DNA of 63,969 nt, filler included, from Rhabdomonas costata (GCA_019059605.1; 45 parts of 45 records of this genome joined end to end with filler, not necessarily neighbours in it), one strand, 5' to 3'; counted from the whole stretch's first letter, positions 24,231 through 38,400 are shown. The notes: a model not told the origin generated them from the letters alone. Numbers and translations are program-made.

Positions 24231-25534
24231 TACAAGAACATCAAATGTATGCCGAGGCACGGATGGAGCAAGGCCGCCTCTTTCCTTGGATGTTCGCAGA
24301 GGGGTCAAGGAACACTGAAGAATAAAGCATTTTTTTCGGGCTTTTGGCATTTTTTCGCGATGACTCTGAGTTGCCTGTGGGGTGGGAGGTTTATTTTTGG
24401 CATCCAATCTTTGTCATTGTATTGGCCGGTCCCCATTCTTTAGTGAGAAGGTTCTTGTTGCCCCGAAACGTTTTTTTCCCGGAGAAGTTTTTTCTGCCGA
24501 GGTGACATGGGCCACCGTCACCCGTCTCCCAGCCCGCCTTCCCCTTTTTTCCTTGCACCGCTGCTGCTTCTGTCGCATAGTCACGATGTGGGACGTCGGT
24601 GGCCAGGACAAGCTGCGGCCGCTGTGGCGCCACTACTTCCAGAACACCAACGGTGTGATCTTCGTCGTCGACAGCAACGACAAGGAGCGTGCTGCCCAGG
24701 CGAGGTACCTGCTCTATGCAAAACCCCATCACTTCGGACGCACATCGCTGTGTAATCAAAAATCTAAAGAGCAGAAATCATTGACCTAGCCGATCACGCA
24801 ACCGAGATGTGTCCATTCGCTGGAAAGGCGGTTCCACAGACTGTGCGGTTTTTGACCTGCTCCAGTTCAAGTTCAAAAGCTACAAGGCCTTGAACAACGC
24901 GACATGTCGACATTGAGGTCGAAATCTACTCGAGGAATTTTGGTGTTGATGTCCAGCACGTCTGTGAATTCGTTCGGGAGGTTGCACGTTATTTATTGCA
25001 GGTCCAAAATCTGCAACGTCACTCAGTCACCCGGTCCACCGAAATATTATTGTGGACATTTTATTTTATAGCTGGCAAGAGCTGGCAGAAACAGATCTAG
25101 AATAACTGGTGATGCAAAACGCAATGTCAACTGTGTGTATTTGAACTGAATTCCTCTTTTCTGTTGTCGTGGGGAGCTTTCAGCAGCAATCATGTACCCC
25201 CGCTTCTCTTGGCCCCCCAGGCCTCTGCACTAATCATCAGAGGTCACTCCCTGAAACGTAATGGGGAATTGTTGCTGTCTTTCTGAGGCCTTTCGCACGC
25301 CATTGTTGGGCACTGACGATCTGTTCCAGTCTTGACCTGGGAAGGGGGTAACAGTTACGACTGGTACCGATACCGGTAATATTTACCAATGCTAGCCGTT
25401 GCCCCCCCCCCCCCAAGTTCAACTGGGTCAAAAAGAAGAATTCATGTAAGGAATCTCGTTGAAAGCCATTTCTTCTATTGCCTTATTTGAGATATGTATG
25501 GGTGGGGGGGTTTTCCAGGGATGAGCTGCAGAAG
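24231..25534 (+). CDS. ARF: ADP-ribosylation factor (ARF1-like small GTPase), partial; exons ..24246, 24581-24704, 25519..
   Basis: Spliced [53 protein letters not shown]3 motif WDVGGQ; two GT-AG introns in correct phase. Confidence 0.95.
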
Positions 25535-27440
25535 AGGCGCGCGGANNNNNNNNNNNNNNNNNNNNNNNNNNNNNNNNNNNNNNNNNNNNTTAATTAATTA
25601 ANNNNNNNNNNNNNNNNNNNNNNNNNNNNNNNNNNNNNNNNNNNNTTGGGTGTGTTGGGCTCGTGATTGCAGGTCCTACCAGGATCAATGAAAGGAACAA
25701 AGTGCGAAGGGTCATTTAGGGGAAGAGCCGGTGGTGGGTTGTGTGAGGGAAGGTATAGTTCTGGGATGGTCGAATTGGGTAGCAAAAGGATGTACAAATT
25801 ACCCCGCAATGTTTATCTCCAGCACGCAACGTCAAAAGAAAAACCTTTAGCCAACTTCCATCCAAGTTAACATACCTAAAAATCCTAACTGCCAATCGGC
25901 AGTCTACCAGCACTCACATAGCAGTGTATTTCAAACAGGAGCCGAAAGGCTCAATAGCCATTGACACCCGGGGAAGGGGGGGGGTATGCATATGGGCGCA
26001 TGGCCTTAACTTCGTCTGGTGATCGGTTTGGTCTCCAGTTCAACGGATTAGAGAAAAAAGGGCCGGGGGAAGAATTTAAGCGGCTGCATACAATACACTG
26101 TCCATTGCTGCGCGGACTCAACGACAACAAAAAAAAAGGCTCGGTCCCCAGAAGTAGAGACTCCCCCTCCCTCTCCCCCTTCAAGAAAAAACCCGCAAGG
26201 GGGGAGGGGGGACCCGAAATGTTCCAAAAAGTAAATGCGCATACGGCATCCGTGGAACCGGAACGACACGCTCACCGCGGAGCCCTTCCCGCCAATCACA
26301 GTCTCGCAAGTCGCGTGGGGGCCGTTGTGCCCGAACGGCGTGGCATACCCCGTGGCGCAGATAACCTGGGTGCACTTCCCCCCAAGCGGAGTGGCGGGGC
26401 ACCACGACAAGAAGCCGGTGGGCGCGGTGGTGGTGGCCTCACAGCCTGGCGCTGCGAGGAGAACGGAAGACCTGCTACTGAGCGAATGGGGGAGAGCAAC
26501 TGGCGTTCCCAAAGAAAGCTGTTCTGATGCCGCTATGTCCACAGAGTAAGCACAGTGAGGATAGCGTTTGTGGATGCGGGTGCGGGTGCTCGGGAAAGGA
26601 CAGGGGGGTAAGTAGGCCACCCCACCCTGCAGTGGTGAGCTATGGCGGCCTTCAAATTCTAATGATGGTCTTTTACCTCCCTCCGCTAGGTATCTTCTGC
26701 CAATGTTGTCTGTCTGGTCTTCACCAACAAACCAGTGATGAATGGCAGGTCCAAAGCAGAACCACGGGAAAAGGCGGTGATTGGTACTGAGTATGGCCGT
26801 ATGATCCACCACCCCAAAAAGAAAAGAGAGATGTGAACACCTGGGGAAACGGGGCGAGGGGTTTCCGGATGGGCAGGCCTTGCCGGGAGACCAGGGCTGA
26901 CGAGCCGACCCAGGGGTCTGCCAGGCCTCACCCTCGCAGGGGACAAGAGGTTCTTCAGCTGCGCCATCANNNNNNNNNNNNNNNNNNNNNNNNNNNNNNN
27001 NNNNNNNNNNNNNTTAATTAATTAANNNNNNNNNNNNNNNNNNNNNNNNNNNNNNNNNNNNNNNNNNNNTGTGGTGGGTGTGTGTGGTGGTGGTGTGCAT
27101 ACAGGACGGATGATGGCGTGCAAGGGATCAAAAGAGAGATGGGATAGGGCAAAGCGGGGGAGTGGTGTGCAAGCCAAGAACGGCATGCCAGCCTCTCACG
27201 GAAAATTCTCTGGGTTCCGGGAGGGGGGGGATTCAAACAGGACCCCCTCCCTCCCAAACCCGAGTCGCACTGGCCTTGCCCGATCAGCACAATCCAGGGA
27301 GGGGGCAAGAAGTAAACAACAGCTTCGCCTTCCTTCCCATTCAGAGCAATCGTAGTGTGGATGTCGACGAATTTCGAGATGCACGAGAATCTGATAACTC
27401 TCTCTGACGCCAACAGCGTCTCCCCTGCAGCTGCCAAGTT

Positions 27441-27728
27441 TCAGGGCTTGAGGGGCTTCAAGGTGGGAAAGCCCGGAGACATCCCGGCCTCGAAGATCTC
27501 GAAGTCCGAGTTGCACGGGGTGTCCGGAGGGACGTACTCGAGGTCCTCAGCGATGCTCTGGAGGATCTGGATCAGGTTGGTGAGGCCATGGAGGTAGTTC
27601 CCGTCCAACACGCCATGCGCCGGGGTGACGTACGCGAAGTCCACCATGGCGATCTGGGGGCCCACCGAGGGGCACGGCGCGGCGTCGTAGATCAGCAGAA
27701 GAGAGCTCGTGAAGAAGTGCCAGCGGAC
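27441..27728 (-). CDS. Inositol polyphosphate kinase (IPMK/IP6K/IP3K family), terminal exon
   Basis: CTGCAG acceptor, then VRWHFFTSSLLLIYD...IAMVDFAYV...DGNYLHGLTNLIQIL; SSLL and (I/V)DF motifs of the IPK superfamily. Confidence 0.88.
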   Translation of the reverse strand, partial: VRWHFFTSSLLLIYDAAPCPSVGPQIAMVDFAYVTPAHGVLDGNYLHGLTNLIQILQSIAEDLEYVPPDTPCNSDFEIFEAGMSPGFPTLKPLKP

Positions 27729-28569
27729 CTGCAGAGCGTACGCATCCGTGTATGCTAAGCGCCCACTGGGATCATTGATGCCTCCCTTGTTTTGATGAGC
27801 TGCCCAAGCTTGATGTCTTGCTGGCCGGCGTAGCGAATGCGTACGTTGAGAACTAAGGTGGCAAGGGAGCTTACTTACCCAGCCCTATGTCAGTGGTGTG
27901 GCGGCTCTCCGCCATCATGACACTCTGACTCTCAGGTCTCAGGAGTGAGGCCTGTGTGTGCGTGTGTGCTTCTTGCACCAAGAGAGTGTATTAACAGATA
28001 TACAGCGCCACGTCGAAAAACACAAATCGCACAAAATAACAGCACGAAAATCTATTTTTCAAAAAAGTTTCTCCAGAAAAAGATGCGATAACATAAACTG
28101 CCTTCTATTTCTACTGCAAATGAGAAATCGTGAACGTGATTAGAGACAAAATAGCACCCCAGACAGCAGCGCCGGGCGTTGTTTGATCCCATCATTCTCA
28201 CACTGCAATGGTCCGGCTCCTCGCGTCTTAGCTTTGGCCTTTTGACCGCTGTGAATTGTGGGAAGATGAAGTGGGGAAGGTGGAGGTGGTGGTGGGACCG
28301 CTCAGACAAAACCGCTCAGACAGCATTGAATTCAAATGCAAATTCTCAAGAAGGGAAAATGAGAGCACCCCCCCCCCGCGTGCAACCACAAACNNNNNNN
28401 NNNNNNNNNNNNNNNNNNNNNNNNNNNNNNNNNNNNNTTAATTAATTAANNNNNNNNNNNNNNNNNNNNNNNNNNNNNNNNNNNNNNNNNNNNGGGGTGG
28501 TGGCTGGACCCTCAGCGGAAGGTTTACAGAGTGGAGGATGTGCGCTAGCATCCACAATTACAGAGCCGC

Positions 28570-29045
28570 TGGGAGCATTGCAGAAATTGCAGGAGAAAGA
28601 TCCAGAGTTCCCGAAGTACGATGGAAACCCAGCTAATTTCCTACCGTGGCTTGTGTCGGTGGAAGAGCTGAAATACTTTCGCAGGCTTCGAGATCAAGTT
28701 GCGATCATTTATCCTACAGGGACCTTGGGTGCACATTCCAGAGGAATTGTTGCACCAGGTCAAGTGTTAACAGACTGGAAGGAGTTTGCCGAAACGTTGA
28801 AGAGGCGGCTACGTGGGACTACAACGTAGTGTGGAGGTTGAAGCAATTGAAGATGTCGGAGGGGAATGTCCAATTCTACCATCAGCAGTTTGTGACCGGG
28901 ATGGATCTGTTGAATGGGACGAAGTTTGACAACAGAACTCTTTTGCATTACCTGTTTGTCTGAGGTTTGAAAGAGAACATCCAGGCCAAAGTGATGGCGA
29001 AGAATCCACGGACCCTTACAGAGGCAATGGATAAGGCCTGTGAGT
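28570..29045 (+). mobile_element. Degenerate Ty3/gypsy-type LTR retrotransposon gag
   Basis: PEFPKYDGNPANFLPWL...DWKEFAETLKRRL [frameshift] ...WRLKQLKM..NVQFYHQQF...YLFV*GLKENIQAKVMAKNPRTLTEAMDKA; frameshift ~28810 and stop at 28961. Confidence 0.8.
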
Positions 29046-32000
29046 CCCACGCAAGCAGGATCCAGAGGCATTACCACCGCCAGAGGTAGAAGCCACGTCC
29101 GTGTTCCCGCAATGTCGTTGGAGTGTCAAAAGGAGGGTCCACCGAAAACGCACTCAGCAGGACTAAAGCCCAGTGCTGGAAGAGCGGAAGACACCGACGC
29201 GGAGAGATGTCAGGTGTGCTGGGGCGGAAAGTGGGGGTGCTGCGTGCTGCCATTTTGGTGTGCGGTGCTGCGGGGCGGTCGCCTCGTAGGCTTCGTGTCT
29301 GCTCCGGTGTGGGTGGGTGTGCCCTCATATTGTGAAATAGGGCGGCTTCCATGGAGCCAGCCTGCCCGGTGGAACCTTCGACCCCGCAGGCACGAGCCCT
29401 GAAACGAGACCAACCAGACAGATCTGGCGCGGTTTCCCTGACAGCGGCCAGACCAAAACAAAAAGCCAGTTCAAGCCTTCCGCAAAACAAAAAAGCCCGA
29501 ATTCCGCGCACCCCGAATTCCGCCCACAAAAGATTTCGTTTCTCCAAACCAATAGGCGCTGTCACCAACTCACCCGAGCCGCGCTTGTTCAAAACGTTTG
29601 TCAGATCGTCTCCTCGCTGCCCAGCGCCGGAAACGAAGATCTTCGCTGGACCTTTAAATCAACTCTCCTCTCCCTCTCCCACTCCCTCTCCTTATTCAAA
29701 ACTCGCGTAATGCAACCTTCGTTGGTGTTCATCCGTGAATATTTCCTTCCACTTTGCAGCAATTCCCTTCCCAGAGAAAGTGAAAAGGTCGTAAATCCCA
29801 CCCTTCACCACACAACANNNNNNNNNNNNNNNNNNNNNNNNNNNNNNNNNNNNNNNNNNNNTTAATTAATTAANNNNNNNNNNNNNNNNNNNNNNNNNNN
29901 NNNNNNNNNNNNNNNNNGTGTGGGGTGTAAGGTTATCTACTAGAAAAGGCTTTGCCCTGAAATCACTTTGTTCACCCAGAAAGAGATTCCGTTTCAGGCA
30001 CCGTTTCGGGGGATGAGCATGAAAATGAAAGCCGACCCTTAGATCTCGGTTGGGAGCAAGCAACCCAGAAGATCCAGCAAGAGTTCTTTCGCATATATGC
30101 AACGGGCCGTTGGGACAAGAACACAGAAGCCATTTGGTAAGGGCTCCTTTTGCAAACAATGGGCAGGCAGGAAAGGTGTGTCAAACACTTTCTGAGGGCT
30201 TCCATTGAAATGCAAATGGCGCGTCACATGTCATATGTCGGGATGATGTTGAGGACGACCCCAGAGCAGCAGACGCGCAACCTACAGCGACACCTACAGC
30301 ATCACGCCACAGCCCAGTCACCAATGCAGCGCAGTCCTTCATCTCTCCGCACACAAAAACCTTCATGAGCAGTGCAATCGCTTCTGGGCCGCTGCTGTTC
30401 ACCCACACGGAGTGCAAGTTGGAGACCAAAAAGGAATATGATGAAGCGCCGAAGTGAAATTTCATGAAGCACTCGGTTGGGAGCCCCTGGCCACAAACAC
30501 AAAGTCAAAAGCCCACAAGAGTATCACGTGATCCTTGAAATACACACAGATAAGTCATGCATCCAACAAACCGGTGGACCTTGACTATTGAAGCCGGCCC
30601 CACGTGACGCTTTGCTACAATGTTGTCATGTGCAGGTTTTGTTTCAACTGAAGACGTCCCCTTTTGCTCTTTGTTTCGGGTGAGCAACCAGTCACATTTG
30701 TGGTCAAGGAATACCGCCGCTGAGGAGGAAGCAGAGTCTTCCCACGGCACCCGCTTCCACGGGGCAGCACAGAGCGCCTCAGCAACGGGTGTGCTGAAGA
30801 TGCGCTCCATCGCTTCCATCGCCACACAGCAATAAAGCAAATATATAGGGAAACAAAGTAAATAATTCCGAGGAATAACACCACAGAATCTGTAAAAAAA
30901 CGCACACAGAGAAAATATCAAAGTACAGCAGAGCAAAGGTATCTTAGCTGGAGCAACAACGAGGTTGACTGATTGAGGGAAAGGAAAAGGCAAGAAGCAG
31001 CAAAAGGAGCAAGGAAAAAATGGGGGACCTCGAAGAACTGACGGCCGAAGCATGGTGGAGTGCTGAAGCATTCGATTTCAAAGAGTTGGCGGGTGAAGAT
31101 TGGGGAGCGGAAATAGTGCACAAACGAAGGAAGGAAAGAAAGCGAAACAGACAAAGCAAACCATCAAACAAGCAAACGAGGGAGTGGGGAAAGAAAGAAA
31201 AGAAAGTGAGGGAAGGGGAACATTGAATAATGCATTGTGGCNNNNNNNNNNNNNNNNNNNNNNNNNNNNNNNNNNNNNNNNNNNNTTAATTAATTAANNN
31301 NNNNNNNNNNNNNNNNNNNNNNNNNNNNNNNNNNNNNNNNNGGTGGGTGTGGGTTAAACCTCTCCGATTTGGTCACTGAATCATTGCAACGAAAATTCCA
31401 ATAGTCCACAAAAGCCTAAACCGTTTTGCAGTGCAAGGGTCATCTGTCTTCCTGTATATTGTATTGATTTCTGTTGGATTTGGGCATTTTCCTATAGGTG
31501 GATCAAACCCTGGCAGTCCGGGCGGTGTTGCTGATGGGGAAGCCTGAAGAAGACACCGAAGGACTTTTGTTCTTTTCCTGTACTGTGCGGCGTAGTGCCC
31601 CACTACTCGTTGAATGCGTGTTGTGCCGTGATTGCTGCTCTGATCGTATTGCGTGCTTACCCTCCAGGGAGGGCCCTACGCCATAGATTGTCTGCGTGGC
31701 CCTCCTTGCCGCTTTTCCGTGCCGATACATATCTTCCTTGCCGTGGAATTTGGGATGCAAGGGTTAGAGCCATTTCCCGAGGGGAGATTTTTTTCACCAA
31801 TTGAGAACACCATATATTACATATAGCCAGTGGGGCACAGCTTCCAGAGTTCACCCCGCTGCTTCACTGCTTCAGAAAGTTACTGTGCTCGTCACAGTCA
31901 CAGTCGCGGAAAGTTTTATCTGTGTACCACCCATCCGCTGTGGTTTAAGAACTCCGCATCGAAACCGGACGGTCCCCATTTGTTGGTGAGTGAGCTTTTG

Positions 32001-34925
32001 TGGGTTTATTGCACGGATTCTTGCGCATGAGAATTTTCGGTAGTCAGCGCGCGCCCTGCACCCTTCAATATGCTGAGTTGTTTCTTTCATGGGCGCGAAA
32101 TGATAAGCATTACCCATTTGGGAACGCAACTCCACTTATGTTCTTTACTTCCTGGCAACCTCATTTTTCGCACGCAGCGTTCGTCGGTAACCATCCTCCC
32201 TCCTTACCCCCGCTCTCTCTCCCCCCGGGTGTCGTTTTCTCAACCAAAAGCATCGCCTTCTCCTTCTTCTTTGGCGTGTGGGTTGCTGGAGGGAGGTGAG
32301 CGTTTATTTCCGTTTCGCCCAGTGCCCAGTGAGAAGACGCGACAAGGGAAGCAGCGCGAGAGCAGGACCTCTCACTGACCCTTTCGCTGAGATGGCCACC
32401 ACCTCGACCCCATGCCCTGCGTCCCCGGCTCCGCCCACGCCATACCGACCCGACCACTATGCCAGCGGGTCTTGGGGGGGCGGGGTGAGGGAACGTCCAA
32501 TGTACGTTCGGCCTATCCCGAGGTGTGGCACGGAGCCTCCGCCGCGGCAGAAGCTTCCTAACCGGTTCTTCCACCCCCCTTCTCTACCCCGTTTCCTCTC
32601 CTTCACACAGTGATGCCTGTAGTGTGCCTCAGATTTCCCAGTGCTGCTAAGCAAAGCTAAACAAANNNNNNNNNNNNNNNNNNNNNNNNNNNNNNNNNNN
32701 NNNNNNNNNTTAATTAATTAANNNNNNNNNNNNNNNNNNNNNNNNNNNNNNNNNNNNNNNNNNNNCTTGGGCAGGGCCGGTGCGGCGCTTGGAGGGCGAG
32801 GGGGCGGGGGAATCCACCTCCACTGTGCCAGAAGGCGGTGTGTATGTGTGTGTGTGTGTGTGTGCTGGCGATGCTGCGCTACGACTAAAGGCGGCAGTGG
32901 GAAGCTACAAAGGCCACAAGGCCACGGAGGTGTGGTGTTCAGCGCTCGACATCTTGCGCAACGTGGTTGTGAGGTTGTATGTGTGCAAGTGTCAAGTGCA
33001 TTTCCAATCGTTCTGTTATCATGCCTTCGCTGTCTCCTTCTCGCCTCATACCTTTGTTGCACAACTGAAACCGAACTTTTGAGCTCTGCTGGAGGTTGTC
33101 GACCTGGGTCTCTTGGCGGAATTCATCCCACCTGCAATCTCAAAAGTGTATGAGCGTGTGCCTCGAGTTTACGTCCATCTTGTGAAGTTGCTCAGCAACC
33201 GTTTTTTTTTTTTGAAGAAACACAACAACTAAACGAATGGCAGGCTGCCCACATGCCAATGGTGCCCTGGTCACAGCCATCCGCGGCGACGACGATGTCC
33301 GGGTTGCCGTGGCGGTTGGCTTGCCGGCTTGCCGATGTCGACTGCATCAGCAGGATCGTGCTCACGGTGCTGGCCGCCAGCGTGCTGGGCGAGCGCACAA
33401 AAACACACTGACGATTTGTCCATTTTGTCACACCCTCCGCTGTTCAACCCCGTGGGTGGCTACTGGCGCTCATGGCAAAAGGCAAAAGGAATTAGCGACA
33501 GGGGAGGGGCATAACTGCTCCCGGCTCTCTCCGTCTCAATCACTCGCTCGCTCGCCCTGACTAACTGACCTGTTTAGATGGACGCTGACCGGGCTGGAGA
33601 TGGCCGGGCACTCCTCTGGGGAACGCCCCCCGGCCGAAGAGGAGGTGGAAGGCCTCCGAACCGCCGTGACGCAAGGGGCCACTGAAAACAAACCCCACAC
33701 AATTACACAATCGAGAGAAAAGGAGGGGCAGCGAACGAACAACAAGGGCACCGATGGAGTTCCCAACGGATGTCGGCATAGCCGATAAACAAGCACAGAA
33801 CCGGAGCAAGAATCTTGCAACTCCACGACAACCACACTGGGCCCTCTCACCTTATCTTGGCCTCTTCACTCTTTGGATATCTTTTGCATCCCTTACCTCT
33901 ACTTTGGGTTCCTCAGGGCATCTTTAGCATTCTTCCTTAATGTAGCAGCCACTTTTCGGGAGCATGGGCACCATGCGACCGGCTCCTCTGAAGGGATACT
34001 GTCACATAATTTTGGATCCTGCAGCCAGAAGCCAGAAAATAGAGCGAAGAAAATCCAAAACAGGAACACTTTCGCCCCCCAACACACCANNNNNNNNNNN
34101 NNNNNNNNNNNNNNNNNNNNNNNNNNNNNNNNNTTAATTAATTAANNNNNNNNNNNNNNNNNNNNNNNNNNNNNNNNNNNNNNNNNNNNCACCACGCCAC
34201 GCCCTCTCATTCGTGTTCAGCGTATTGTGTAAGTGCCTTTCTTGGGGCGTGGCTTCTGCGTCAGAACCTCGCAGCCCAGAAAAGGCTACGAGACGCTGCG
34301 TTGCACACAAAAGAGATGATGTAAAACTTTTGTGAAGGTGCTAGTGGGGGAGGGGAGGGGGGCGACGAGTGGAGAAAACCTGGGGAGGTGGACCGAAAAA
34401 AGGAAAAGACAAAAGCTCGCGGAAGCGCGAGAGACCGCCTGCGCCGGATCAAGCCTGAGCTGCATGCACATCCAGGTTCGCGGGGACACCACGGAGACTT
34501 CCCCGGTCTCGTCTTGCAGCACTGAGTGCAAGCAAAACGGAATTTTGTGAACCCCAAAAGCGAACCCCACGATCTACAACTTCAACAGCCGCGAAGAACG
34601 TGACCATGAGATGAAAGACGGTAAGATTGTGGCTGCGACATTGGCATGAAAGCACGAGAGTACAATGGGAACGGGAAAATTTTGGGGGGCGGGCTCCACC
34701 GCGGTGGCTGATCCTGGCCTTGGGGGAATCCACTGGGAAATGCCGTGGGGGGGACCTGCCCCGCGGCGCCATAGGGACGTCTTCCACCCCGCGCTGCAAC
34801 GGGGGCACCTGAGGCATGTCCAGCATGGGCCGGAACTGCCTCGACCCGCTGCCGGCCTCGCTCACCGGGGAGTCCACAGGTGACCCGAAGTTGTTTCTTT
34901 TATTGAAGACGTCGGGGATGGCGCA

Positions 34926-35480
34926 TAGATGTGTGTGTGTTAGGCGCATAGCGCGCTGGCTGTTGCCTGGTTGACTGTTGGTGAGCACAGTGGCATGACG
35001 GTCTGTTGGCCACGGGGGCTCGCGAGGTGGAGCAATCGTGCCATCGAATACCGGCTCACCGCCGACCGTTCCATATATGGTAACCTCCCTTCTGCCCCAC
35101 GGGTTTTTCCGGGCCTTTGTCCTGTAGCTGCTCTTCTCTAACGGGCAACCGCGATGGTCCATTGCTGCTCGGGTCTCTGAGGCTCCGCACTTTATTTTTT
35201 GGGGGGCCTTCTCTCGCGGAAACGACTCCTCGAGCTTTTCCTTCGGACTGGTGAACGGGCAGCACCGGTTTCTGCAGGCGCTGCTGTGCCAGCACATCCA
35301 TCTATGGTTGCATTGCGGGCCTTTTCCGCCCTCTTCGCTGAATTAAATTTACCCCCGGGGTAGATGTGTGTTGGGCGCGTCGCGCGCTGGCGGTTGCCTG
35401 GTTGACTGGTTGCTTGGTAGTTGGTGATCACTGTGGACTGACTGGCGCACGCGCTGTTGGCCACGGGTGCTCGCGAGAGG
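34926..35480 (+). repeat. Two diverged copies of a ~100-120 bp element (34926-35030 and 35361-35480)
   Basis: Shared blocks TAGATGTGTG, GCGCGCTGGC..TTGCCTGGTTGACTG, TTGGTGA.CAC.GTGG, CTGTTGGCCACGGG.GCTCGCGAG. Confidence 0.75.
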
Positions 35481-38400
35481 TGCCGTTGGTGCGAGAGAAG
35501 GCCCCCCAAAACGCNNNNNNNNNNNNNNNNNNNNNNNNNNNNNNNNNNNNNNNNNNNNTTAATTAATTAANNNNNNNNNNNNNNNNNNNNNNNNNNNNNN
35601 NNNNNNNNNNNNNNGTTGTGGTGGGACTGGACACGTGTCACCTGTTTTCGGACTGATCCCGATGTAGAGTCTTGGCCACCCCGCGGTGACCCGTGTGTCC
35701 AGCTGGTGCTGGGCTCCTGTTGGAGGGCTAGCTGCAAAGCTGCGGCTTTACCATGTACAGGTTACCGCGGGCTTCACGAAAAGGCAATCAGACAAGCTTA
35801 CGGCAGAAATAGAAACATTCTGGTCCGTTGTTTAAAATCGAGGGCTAGAAGAGTGAGGAGACTTATTGGGTGCTGTCGTGGTATATACACTATGTATGGA
35901 CACTAGTTCTCACTGCATTCTTGCCCCCTTGATTGGAGCTTTCTCCACAAGAAGAACACAGTTATAATGCGCTGAGCGGTGTCACCAAAGAAATTTACAA
36001 GAAGAAACGCGAGAGAGAAAAGGGGGATCAACAGAACGCGAAAAGAAATAGAACGGTAAACATTGCGAAAGAAGAAAGAATAGAGCTTTTGTTGGTAGAT
36101 TTAGCTGTGCCGAGAAGGGGGCTTTAGGATTGTATATCTGTGCCTCTGTGTGTCTGTGTGTTGTGTGTTGTTCAGTTGCGCAGAGATGAGGGCACCGTGC
36201 ATTGTTGTGGTTCTTACGTCCTCCATTTGGCCTGTATGTGCTTGGCACATCCGTTGTTCAAAACCTTGCTCAGACACGTTATGATCTGATACGGTTCTGT
36301 CCTGACATACTAAATACGAGATTAATAGTTGTAAATACCCCAATGCTATACTTCTGCATACAGCAAGGCCACCAAGGCCACCAAGGCCGAAATAGGAAAA
36401 CGGTTGCTAAGCGATAAAGTTATCATTATCATTAGTCCAGCCTTCTGGTCCTGTGGCGAGGTGTCGTCTTTACATCGCCCATTTTCCATTACTGGTATCC
36501 CCCAGCCACGAATTGGGTTCTCAGACGTTGAGCTACGGGGCGCAGTTCAGCCGCCACGATTGCCGGAGCGAGCAGTAGATTTTGTCGCTTTGGAAAGCGA
36601 CACGTGGCAGGGGGGGGGTCCAGTCAAGTTTGCGGCCTCATCAATGCACAACATCGAACCGTTCAACAACTTCCCCCTTCATATAAGATGACCGACTTCC
36701 GATGGAGGTGTCTGCTGGCATCTGACGTTGCCTCTGCTATTTTCTGAGCGCTTTGGGAGGCAAGCCAACCTTTTATGAGCTTTGGTGGTGTGGTGATGAC
36801 GTTAGTATTGGTGCGTACGGAAGGAAACGTTTGGAGAGACCCTTTTTCTGTGCTGCGTGTTCCCCGTGCTTTGCAGTTCGACGCAATGGAGCAGCTCCCC
36901 GTGGCGCTGGGGCAGCTCCGGAAGCTCTACCACACCCANNNNNNNNNNNNNNNNNNNNNNNNNNNNNNNNNNNNNNNNNNNNTTAATTAATTAANNNNNN
37001 NNNNNNNNNNNNNNNNNNNNNNNNNNNNNNNNNNNNNNTCTTTTGTTTTTTGCTGGGTGTGTACTTGGGTTCTCTGTTGTTGATTCCCGTTTTGTGGTGT
37101 CCTCCGGTACTTTGGGTCGTCCTTTGGAGCGAGGCCAGGTCGTGATGGTAGAGTGGGTAGCAGGTGTTGGGGTACCGGTGTGCGTTGTGAACGAGGGTGG
37201 TTCATGGTGTGTGCTCACTCCCAGTGCTGAGCTGCTGCTTGTGTGGGCTCTGGTGGTGGAATTACGAGTGTTGCGGACCTCCGGCCATGGTGCGAGTGCT
37301 TTTGTTGTCAGCTTTTGCAGTGGGGTCAGGTTGGTTGGGGTGGAACGTTGTGGGTTGTGGCCGCTCGTGGTTCATGGCTTGTGCTCAACATCCCACAACA
37401 TCCCGTGCTGGCTGACTTCCTGGTGGTTACGCAGGCGGTGGTGACGAGAGGTGGTGGTGGACCGGTTGGGCATCCCATTCCTTGATCTGCTTTCCGTGTG
37501 AGGGCGTTACGGTGTGGATGGTGTGACCGGTGGGGAATGTGGCTGATCGTGGTGCATGTTCTGTGTTCAAACCCTTGTACATGCCTTGGCTTCCCCTCTC
37601 ACGTGCGTAATACATTCTATACCCTTCTACCTACGTCATCTAGTGCTACGTAGTGTAGGGTGGTGTAGGGTGTGTGCCATCATAGTGTAGAGCACGTTGG
37701 CATCTCCACACCAGGCTAGGCGTGCCTTTCCCTAGTAGTAGTGTGGTGTGTGTCGCCATGGCTATGTTGTGGTGGTGGTGGTGTGGGTCCGGTGTGGGTG
37801 GTGGTGTCGACCTCATCCTGGCATCTGTGTCACAACGGTATCAGCCCATGGTGTGTTTGATGTCATCCCAACGTACCCCATCAACATCATGCGTAGTATT
37901 CCCTCTATGCTATGGTGTTGTGTGTTGGGCTGATGCTGACCCTGGTAGAACATCGGTAGTGGAGGTCGCCGAGACCGACATGAAGGGTGGACTGCTACGG
38001 TTGATGTTGGTCCGAATGCGTAACACCTCATTGCCTTTGTGTTTCCTGTGTGTCGATTCCTGGGCCCTGCTGTTGGATGGTGGATGGTGGTGTGACGCTG
38101 GTTCCTGAGGCCTTCTGTGTGACTCGCGGTGTGGTGATGCGTGTTTCTGACCCACTGTGTGGATGTTGGTGGATGGATGATGGACCTGTGTGAGAAGTGA
38201 GTCGTGAGGCATAGCGTAACTCAGCATGACCGTACCCTCAGCATGACCTTGCGGTTTGATTGGTTGCTGTATTGATTCTTATGGACGAGTATGGTAATGA
38301 GGGGTTACGCTATGCCTCACCACTCACTTCTCACACAGGTCCATCATCCATCAACCAACACCNNNNNNNNNNNNNNNNNNNNNNNNNNNNNNNNNNNNNN

